Source: Verrucomicrobiota bacterium
GTDB lineage: Bacteria; Verrucomicrobiota; Verrucomicrobiia; Limisphaerales; Palsa-1400
Length of the DNA stretch: 64,000 bases
Direction of reading: 5' to 3'
Assembly (NCBI GenBank): GCA_049517295.1
Contig: JBEKSF010000007.1
Location: forward strand, 7,153-71,152
This document shows, piece after piece, positions 1 to 7,600 of the stretch (position 1 is its first letter; every line of letters begins with the position of its first letter). The notes below the pieces were generated by a model. That model did no database searches and was not told the origin of the DNA. It was given only the letters and a program-made list of their open reading frames with translations. Position numbers and translations under genes: made by a program.

Positions 1-98
1 ACGTTAACGTTAAAGTAAATCACAAATTCAAACCGCCTCCCCTGCCAGACTCGAACCGGAATGGCCCCGCGACCGTCCAAACCTCAGCCGCGTTCGGG

Positions 99-143
99 TC
101 AAAAATCGTCAAAAATGCCAGCAATTGCTGCTATTTGCGACGG
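99..143 (+). repeat. Copy 1 of a dispersed ~45-bp motif (two phased A5 tracts followed by palindrome CAGCAATTGCTG and TATTTGC)
   Basis: Sequence tcaaaaatcgtcaaaaatgccagcaattgctgctatttgcgacgg. Related copies lie at 42233-42283 (+) and 58231-58282 (-). All alignments were made by eye. Confidence 0.6.
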
Positions 144-286
144 GCTCCAAGCGGATCATTCGCGAGCTTTACGGCCTCTCGCTCGACGACTGGAAACATC
201 TCACCGCCACATTCACCTTCGGCAGCGGCCCCACCAAAGAGCAGTTGGACGAAATCATCCGCCAGTCGCTCGCGCTCTGGAAATAA
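143..286 (+). pseudogene. 3' remnant of a truncated gene (unknown function)
   Basis: Frame 2 reads GSKRIIRELYGLSLDDWKHLTATFTFGSGPTKEQLDEIIRQSLALWK-stop, with strong G/C third-position bias like genuine genes here. The same frame has a stop at 11-13 and no ATG/GTG upstream (only TTG at 125). Sequence 5' of ~140 is the dispersed repeat motif. Confidence 0.3.
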
Positions 287-347
287 GAGGGATAGGCGGC
301 TTTTCCTGACCTTTTGCCATGAGCAGGCATACAGCTATTGCGAATCT

Positions 348-944
348 TCATGCAAGGCTGGCCAGCAGGGTTTCCAGTTCTTGACGGCGCGGTTCCAGGC
401 TCTTGCGAACCGCGTGCTGATTCAATCGATAAATGCCCCAATAAAGCACGACGACGAGCAGCGCATAAACGCACAACCCCCCAATTGCCAATGCAATGTG
501 TCGTGAGCGCCAAACGGCGGCGGCGATGAAAATCGCCAAAGACGCTGCAATCGGCAGCAAATACCACCAAAAAACATTCTTCAGCAGCCAAATCTGATGA
601 TTGACCTGCAACAATGAACTCTCAATGCAGGCCTTGAGGGAGTTGTTTGAGATCGGTTGTTTCCTCCGTTGCAGCAGCCGGTCCGCCAACATGAATGTGC
701 CAACGCCGAAACAGGCGAAGGCCGGCAAATACAAGGACCATTCCCGGTCACGAAGGGCCCAATGCAAAAACAGCCAGGTCATCCAGGCCGCCACGCCCAC
801 TTCCCGCGCATCGCGCCAGATAATAGTCGCCCGGAAATGCCGTTGATTGCGCCGGACTTCCTTCAACAACGCTTCGGCGTCAATGGTTATTTTCCCGTGG
901 GCGTCGTCGGATTGCCACGCTTTCTGCAATTGTTCAAAGTTCAT
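348..944 (-). CDS. Multi-pass membrane protein, putative anti-sigma factor partner of the upstream ECF sigma
   Basis: 198-aa ORF. Its start overlaps the sigma-factor stop by 11 nt. It has a short cytoplasmic N-terminus followed by about 4 hydrophobic helices. No zinc anti-sigma motif was seen, so the role is inferred from position only. Confidence 0.5.
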   Translation of the reverse strand: MNFEQLQKAWQSDDAHGKITIDAEALLKEVRRNQRHFRATIIWRDAREVGVAAWMTWLFLHWALRDREWSLYLPAFACFGVGTFMLADRLLQRRKQPISNNSLKACIESSLLQVNHQIWLLKNVFWWYLLPIAASLAIFIAAAVWRSRHIALAIGGLCVYALLVVVLYWGIYRLNQHAVRKSLEPRRQELETLLASLA

Positions 945-1473
945 CGGTTGCTCCTTTTAGTTGATCCGCCAGTCGTTTGCGGATGCGATTCAGTTTCACG
1001 CCAATATAGTTTTCCGAAATGCCCAGCACCTCAGCCATCTCCTGGTAGCTGACTCCGTCCAGGTGCATGAGCGCCAATGAAGCGTCCACCTTGGGCAGTT
1101 GGCGGATGGCGGCGTAAAGCCGTTCCACAATCTCCTGTTCCGGCGGCGAATCCGCGGGGCTTGGTTGAGCCTGGGGTGACACGTCAAATTTCAAAAACCT
1201 CTCATACCCTTCCCGCCGCCGGCGCTCGACGCGTCGCCAGGCCAGCGCCGTGTTGAAAGCCACGCGATAAATCCAGGTCGATTCCTTGGCCTCTCCGCGA
1301 AAGGACGGAATGGATGACCACGTATGCAAAAGAACATCTTGAAGCAAATCGTCCTGGTCTTGCGGTGTCGCGGCGCAACCACGAACCACTTTCAAGATAA
1401 GCCCAATGTGCGCCTCCAGCCATCGCCGGAAAATGGCCTCTTGCTCTTGAGCGGTCATTGAATGTAAACGCAT
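934..1473 (-). CDS. ECF-type RNA polymerase sigma-70 family factor
   Basis: 179 aa. Region 2 (DLLQDVLLHTWSSIPSFRGEAKESTWIYRVAFNTALAWRR) and region 4 HTH (LMHLDGVSYQEMAEVLGISENYIGVKLNRIRKRL) are both present. Confidence 0.9.
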   Translation of the reverse strand: MRLHSMTAQEQEAIFRRWLEAHIGLILKVVRGCAATPQDQDDLLQDVLLHTWSSIPSFRGEAKESTWIYRVAFNTALAWRRVERRRREGYERFLKFDVSPQAQPSPADSPPEQEIVERLYAAIRQLPKVDASLALMHLDGVSYQEMAEVLGISENYIGVKLNRIRKRLADQLKGATDEL

Positions 1474-1562
1474 TCAGTTAATCAGTGACTGAACCCCTCC
1501 TTTTCTTACAAACAAAATTTTCGCCTGACTTTCCACGCCGCTTCCATTACAATCCGGCTTCG

Positions 1563-2510
1563 ATGCAACGCGACACCATTACCGTGGAGAGATTTTATAC
1601 CGAGCAAGCGCCCCGGCTGCCCCTCAAATTGGTCGCCGGAGCCACGGGGCTCAGGCGGATCATTCGCGAGCCGACGGTCAATCGCCCGGGACTGGCCCTG
1701 GCCGGGTTCACCCGTTATTTTGCCAACAAACGCCTCCAGGTCATCGGCAATGCCGAGGCCTGGTTTCTCAAAACCCTCTCCCCGGACGAGCGCAAGGCGC
1801 GCTACGCCAATCTGTTCACTTACAAAATCCCCGGCGTGGTTTTCTCCCGCGAATTGCAGCCCGACAAAATCTTCCTTCAGGCCGCCGAAAAAGCGCAGGT
1901 GCCCATCTTTGTCACCCCGCTCATTACCATGAAGTTCATCAACCTGGCCACACTCGCCCTGGAAATGCTCTTCGCCCCGCGCGGCAGCGAAATCGGCAGC
2001 ATGGTCGATATCCTCGGCGTCGGCGTCATCATCCGCGGCGAAAGCGGCATCGGCAAAAGCGAAAGCGTCCTGGCCCTCATCGAACGCGGCTACAGCCTGG
2101 TCTCCGATGACGTCACCCGCGTCACCCTCATTGACAACCGGGAAGTCGTCGGCACCAGCGCCGGACTGACCCGCAATCATATGGAGGTCCGCGGCATCGG
2201 CATCATCAATGTGGCTGAAATGTTCGGCGTCCGCAGCATCCGCAGCGAAAAGGTCGTGGACCTGGTCATCACCATCAAGCCGTGGGAAGAGGTGCCCGAC
2301 GTGGACCGTTTGGGCATGGAACAGGAGTTCGTCAAGATTCTGGGAGTGTCCATTCCCCACATCACCATCCCCGTGCGGCCGGGACGCGACCTGGCCCGGC
2401 TGATCGAGGTGGCGGCCTTTCACATCAAATTGAAGTCCGCCGGCCGCAATCCGGCCAAGGAATTCAACGACCGCCTGATCGCCCAGATGACCGGAAACAG
2501 TCAGATATGA
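1563..2510 (+). CDS. hprK: HPr kinase/phosphorylase
   Basis: Walker A GESGIGKSE is present, followed by LVSDD and EVRGIGIINV, typical of HprK. The ORF track starts at GTG 1485; ATG 1563 (MQRDTITVERFY) gives a typical ~315-aa length. Confidence 0.9.
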   Translation: MQRDTITVERFYTEQAPRLPLKLVAGATGLRRIIREPTVNRPGLALAGFTRYFANKRLQVIGNAEAWFLKTLSPDERKARYANLFTYKIPGVVFSRELQPDKIFLQAAEKAQVPIFVTPLITMKFINLATLALEMLFAPRGSEIGSMVDILGVGVIIRGESGIGKSESVLALIERGYSLVSDDVTRVTLIDNREVVGTSAGLTRNHMEVRGIGIINVAEMFGVRSIRSEKVVDLVITIKPWEEVPDVDRLGMEQEFVKILGVSIPHITIPVRPGRDLARLIEVAAFHIKLKSAGRNPAKEFNDRLIAQMTGNSQI

Positions 2511-2553
2511 TTTTCATGGCAAAATCTTCGTCCCGCGTTCAACATGGCCCAGC

Positions 2554-2853
2554 ATGAGCAGCGCTAAGAAGCCATCTGCAAAACAATCCAGCCACCGCGA
2601 GCTTGTTGTCATCAACAAGCTCGGCATCCACGCCAGGCCCGCCGCCATGTTTGTCAAGGTCGCCAACCGCTTCGCCTGCAACATCCTGGTCGAAAAGGAC
2701 GGCGAACAAGTCAACGGCAAGAGCATCATGGGCCTGATGATGCTCGCCGCCGGCCCGGGCACAAGGCTCACCGTCACCTGCGAAGGAGACGACTGTATCG
2801 CCGCGCTGGACGCGATCGAGGAACTGGTCCAACGCAAATTCGACGAAGCCTGA
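2554..2853 (+). CDS. ptsH: HPr-family phosphocarrier protein
   Basis: 99 aa. The active-site His context is LGIHARPA and the regulatory Ser context is NGKSIMGLM. It lies directly downstream of hprK. Confidence 0.9.
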   Translation: MSSAKKPSAKQSSHRELVVINKLGIHARPAAMFVKVANRFACNILVEKDGEQVNGKSIMGLMMLAAGPGTRLTVTCEGDDCIAALDAIEELVQRKFDEA

Positions 2854-2858
2854 CCGCC

Positions 2859-3143
2859 ATGCCCGCCAATTTCGATGTCAAATATGTGGCGCATCTGGCG
2901 CGCATCGCCCTCTCGCCCGCGGAAGAGGAAAAATTTGGCGCCCAACTCTCCAACATTCTCGGCTACATCGAAAAACTCAACCAGCTCGACGTCAGCCAGA
3001 TCGAACCCACCGCGCACGCTGTCCCGCTGGTCAACGTCTTCCGGGCCGACGAAATCCGCCCCTCGCTGCCCACCGAGGAGGCCTTGCGCAACGCCCCCGC
3101 CAAGGCCAACGGCTTGTTCATCGTTCCCAAAATCGTCGAGTAA
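2859..3143 (+). CDS. gatC: Asp-tRNA(Asn)/Glu-tRNA(Gln) amidotransferase subunit C
   Basis: 94 aa with VKYVAHLARIALSPAEEEKFGAQLSNILGYIEKLNQLD, typical of GatC. It sits 6 nt upstream of gatA. Confidence 0.9.
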   Translation: MPANFDVKYVAHLARIALSPAEEEKFGAQLSNILGYIEKLNQLDVSQIEPTAHAVPLVNVFRADEIRPSLPTEEALRNAPAKANGLFIVPKIVE

Positions 3144-3149
3144 CCGCCC

Positions 3150-4628
3150 ATGCTCCATCAGCGCACCATCTGGCAATTGGCCGCCCTTCTCGACCGCCGC
3201 GAAGTTACCGCGCGCCAGATCATGCAAGCCTGCCTGGATCAGATCCAGCACGTCGATGGCCGCATCCATGCCTTCATCAGTTACGATGCCGCCGACGCGC
3301 TGGCGCAAGCGGCGGCCGCCGACCACGCCCTTTCCAGCGGAATCTCCCGCCGCCAGCGGCCGCTTCTCGGCATCCCCATCGGCATCAAGGACGTCATCGC
3401 CGTCCGCAATCAACCCCTTAACTGCGGCTCCAAAATCCTCGGCCGCTTTATCTCGCCCTACAGCGCCACCGTCATCGAGAAACTTCAACGCGCCGGCGCG
3501 ATTGTTTTTGGCCGCCTCAATATGGATGAATTCGCCATGGGCAGTTCGACCGAGAACTCCTCCTTCGGCCCCACTCATAATCCGTGGGACCTGACCCGGA
3601 TTCCCGGCGGTTCCTCAGGCGGCTCCGCAGCCGCCGTCGCCGCCGACGAGTGCGTCGCCGCCCTCGGCTCCGACACGGGCGGTTCGATTCGCCAGCCCGC
3701 CGCGCTGTGCGGATGCGTCGGGTTAAAACCGAGCTATGGCCGCGTCTCACGCTACGGTCTGGTGGCGTTTGCCTCCTCGCTCGATCAAATCGGCCCCTTG
3801 GCCAAGGACGTGCGCGACGCCGCGTTGGTGCTGGGCGCCATCAGCGGCCAGGACCAACGCGACTCCACCAGCGTCCCGGCGCCAGTGCCCGACTACGCCG
3901 CCGCCCTGGATGGCCGCGTCAAGGGCCTTAAACTGGGCCTGGCCAAAGAATACATGATCGGAGGTCTGGACGCCGAAGTCAGCGCCGCTGTCCAGGCGGC
4001 GGTGCGGCAATTCGAGAAACTCGGCGCCGAAATCGTGGAGGTCTCCCTGCCCCACACCGAGTTCGCCGTGGCGGCCTACTACATTATCGCCACCGCCGAG
4101 GCCAGCGCCAACCTGGCCCGTTTCGACGGCATCCGTTACGGCGCGCGGGTCGAAGGGACCGACCCGATTGATCTTTACTGCAAGACGCGCGGGGCGGGCT
4201 TCGGCGCCGAAGTCAAGCGCCGCGTCATTCTTGGCGCCTACGTCTTGAGCAGCGGCTACTACGACGCCTATTACTTGCGCGCCCAAAAAGTCCGCACCCT
4301 GATCCGGCGGGATTTCCTGGAGGCCTTCGAGAAAGTCGATGCCATCATCACGCCCACTTCCCCCACGGCGGCGTTCAAGCTGGGCGAAAAGGCCGACGAC
4401 CCGTTGCGGATGTATCTTTCGGACATCTTCACCATCTCCTGCAATCTGGCGGGAATCTGCGGCGTGAGCCTTCCCTGCGGTTTCACCGCCAGCCCGAAAC
4501 TGCCCATTGGCCTGCAATTGCTTGGCAAGCCCTTCGGCGAGGAGACGCTGCTCAAAGTGGCCCACGCCTACGAGCAATGCACCCCCTGGCATGGCGAAAA
4601 GCCCCCGCTCGAAATCCGCAATCCTTAA
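3150..4628 (+). CDS. gatA: Glutamyl-tRNA(Gln) amidotransferase subunit A
   Basis: 492 aa with the amidase signature [13 protein letters not shown] and [13 protein letters not shown]. Confidence 0.95.
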   Translation: MLHQRTIWQLAALLDRREVTARQIMQACLDQIQHVDGRIHAFISYDAADALAQAAAADHALSSGISRRQRPLLGIPIGIKDVIAVRNQPLNCGSKILGRFISPYSATVIEKLQRAGAIVFGRLNMDEFAMGSSTENSSFGPTHNPWDLTRIPGGSSGGSAAAVAADECVAALGSDTGGSIRQPAALCGCVGLKPSYGRVSRYGLVAFASSLDQIGPLAKDVRDAALVLGAISGQDQRDSTSVPAPVPDYAAALDGRVKGLKLGLAKEYMIGGLDAEVSAAVQAAVRQFEKLGAEIVEVSLPHTEFAVAAYYIIATAEASANLARFDGIRYGARVEGTDPIDLYCKTRGAGFGAEVKRRVILGAYVLSSGYYDAYYLRAQKVRTLIRRDFLEAFEKVDAIITPTSPTAAFKLGEKADDPLRMYLSDIFTISCNLAGICGVSLPCGFTASPKLPIGLQLLGKPFGEETLLKVAHAYEQCTPWHGEKPPLEIRNP

Positions 4629-4698
4629 CTCCGTCGTATTGACAGGACTGGAGTTCGACCTGGCCGAGCTTCAAGTATAAAGCGGCCCTCCTGAACAG

Positions 4699-7600
4699 TT
4701 ACGGCGCGAGAACGATCCGGTAGAACTGCTGGGATGCGGACCCGATGGCGTAGGAAGCGCTCAAGCTGGAATTGGTGGCCGTGATCGCGCCGCCCGCATT
4801 GACCCAATTTGCCGCCGCCAGGTTGGTCGTGGATTGCGCCTGGTATGTTTGACCCGGCGTCGTGCTCCAGTTCAGCGTCAGTTCTCCGCCGGCCAGCGCC
4901 GCCAATTGGATGACCGGCGGCGTCTCCACCGTCAGGACCGCGCCCGCGCTGGTGACGGCCCCAAGGGCGTTGCTCACGATGACGGAATAGGTTCCGGCGT
5001 CGTTCACGGTTATGTTGTTGACTCTGAGGATGCGCGCTGCGGACCCGGAGATGTTGCCGCCGCCGGCCAAATTGCTTCCGTTCTCCTGCCATTGATAGCC
5101 CAGGGGTGAAGCGCCGAAAACCGCCACGCTGAACGCCACGCTGGCCCCCGCCATCGCCGTCTGATTGGCCGGCTGGGTGGTGATTTGCGGGGCGGACGTG
5201 ACGCTCATGCGGAAGATGGAACCCTTGCCGTAGGGACCGCCGGCGGTTGTCGTGCCATAAAAGTTGCCGTCCGCGTCCTGCACCAGCGCGGCTTCGGGTT
5301 TCGCGCCATCATCGGCGCCGTTGAATGAAACCAGGGTGGTGAGCGTGCCGCCGGCCGTGATTCTAAATACCGTGCCATTGTTGGCGGAGCCGCCCAGGTA
5401 GGTCGTTCCATAGAAATTGCCGTCAGCGGCCTGAATCAATCCCGCGAAAGGATAAGCGCCGTCGCCGCTCACCCCCGGATTGAGCGCATACAACGTGGTC
5501 AGCGCGCCCCCAGTGGAGACCTTGAAGATTGTGCCGTAGAACGTATAGCCGCGTATGACGTTGCGCTTGGTCACGCCGTAAAAGTTGCCATCCGTGCCCT
5601 GGACCAGCGCGCCCGCGGGGTTATAGCCGTCGGTGCCGCCAGTAAACGAATAGAAATTAGTCAGCGCGCCGCCTGGGGTCATCTTGAAAACGCCCCCGTG
5701 GCCGTAAGCGCCTCCGCCCGAAGTCATGCCATAAAAATCGCCGTCCGCCCCTTGAACCAACGCGCCCACCGGAGCATTGCCATCCAGCCCGCCGGTAAAT
5801 GAGTAGATTATATTAAGCGCCCCACCCGGCGTCATCTCGAAGATGTTCCCATTGCCGACCGTGTAAGCGTTCCCTGTCGCGCCATAAAAATTGCCATTGG
5901 AACCTTGCGTCAGCGCCGTGTACGGATTGACGCTGGCCGGATTGGTAAAGACATCGAGCACGGTGAGCGCGCCGCCGGGTGTCATCGTGAAGACGGTTCC
6001 CCCGGCGTTGGTTCCGCCGTCCTCGGTGGTGCCGTAAAAATTGCCATCGGAGCCGGGCGCCAGCGCCGCCTCGGGGTCCGAGCCGTTTGTCAAGTTGAAA
6101 GACACCAGGGTGCTCAAAACGCCGTATGTCGTAATGCTGAAGACGGTCCCATCGTGGTCCGCGCCGCCCGCCTGTGTGGTGCCGTAGAGCAGCCCGTTGG
6201 CGCCCAGCGTCAATCCGTTCGGGGTGCTCCCGTCGTTGCCGCCGGTGAACCAGTAGAGCGAGGCCACCTGGATGGACGCCGCGCTGACGGGAAAGACGCT
6301 CAGCACGGCCTCCGCGCTCGCCGCGCCGATGGCGTTGCTCACGATCACCGTGTAGGTCGCGTCGCTCCTTTGGGTCAATCCGGACAAGGTCAGCGAACTG
6401 GCCGTGGCGCCGGCGACATTGCCGCCATTGGTCAAGTCGATTTGATTGCTTTGCCATTGGTAAAACAACGGCAGATCGCCGATGGCCCCGACACTGAACA
6501 CGGCGGTCCCCGCCACCGACGCCGTCTGGCTGGCCGGCGGGGTGATGATTTGTGGCGGCGAGACAATAACTTCCAGAAAAGCCTCATCGCTCGGTGCCGC
6601 CCCGCTCGCATTGCTGACCACGACAGAATAGAAGGCGGCATCGGACACGCTCACGTTGCTGACGGTCAGCACGCGGTTGGTGGAACCGGAAATGTTGCCG
6701 GCATCCGTTAAATTGGTCCCGCTTCTCAGCCATTGATAGGACAGCGGCGGGTTGCCCACGGTGGCGACACTAAAAACCGCATCGGCCCCGATGAAAGCGC
6801 CCTGGCTGGCGGGCTGGCCGGTGATTTGCAGGGAGGGAGAATTGATGTTGACACGGAAGATGACGCCATTGCCGTCCGCGCCGCCGTTTTGGGTCGTCCC
6901 ATAAAAACTGCCATCGGTTCCCTGCACCAGCGGAGCCTGGGGATTTGCGCCATCGTAACCGTCGAACGACACCAGGGTGACCGGCGCGCCGCCGGGCGCC
7001 ATTCTGAAAACAGTCCCATCATCGTAAGCGCCTCCATAGACCGTTGTCCCATAGAAATTCCCGTCGTCGGCCAGGAGCAGTTCGGCGGCGGAATGACCGC
7101 CGTCGTTTCCGCCAGTGAACGAATAGACGTTGCTCACCGCGCCCGACGGCGGCATCACGAACACTGTTCCGTAGCCAAACTGCCCGCCTTCGTAGGTGGT
7201 CCCGTAGAAAGCGCCGCCCGGAACCTCGGTCAGGCTCGCCAGCGGAAGAAACCCGCCGTTGGTGTAGGTAAACGAAAGCAGGCTGGTCAGCGCGCCATTG
7301 GTGGTCGCTTTGAAAATGCTGCCGTCCCCATTGCTTCCGCCGTCGAACGTTGTGCCGTAAAGGTTGCCGTCAGCGCCTTGAACAAGCTTGCTCGGATTGA
7401 GGCCATTGACGTCGTTGAATGAGGCCACCACATTCAGCGCTCCGTTGATCGTCACGCGGAACACCTCGCCATCGCCGTTGGCCCCGCCGTCAAACGTCGT
7501 CCCGTAGAAATTGCCGTCCGTCCCCAGCGTCATGGTCCGGGCGGGAGCGCCGCCGTCTCCGCCCATGAACGTTGCCACCGTCGTCAGCACCCCATTGGTG

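Noticed and set aside
2514-3578. Long ORFs antisense to, or out of frame with, well-supported genes. Examples: 1506-2423(-), 2514-3578(-), 3747-4592(-), 8086-9081(+), 9394-10353(+), 12332-13696(+), 18987-20951(-), 25655-27139(+), 29013-30176(+), 30437-31711(+), 43532-44473(-), 47958-49124(-), 51031-52005(-), 52415-53794(+), 58694-60616(+), 61769-63169(+).
   Set aside because: These are typical high-GC shadow ORFs. Their translations are Arg/Gly/Pro/Ala-rich low-complexity strings without motifs. Each is fully covered by a gene with clear family signatures on the other strand or in another frame.
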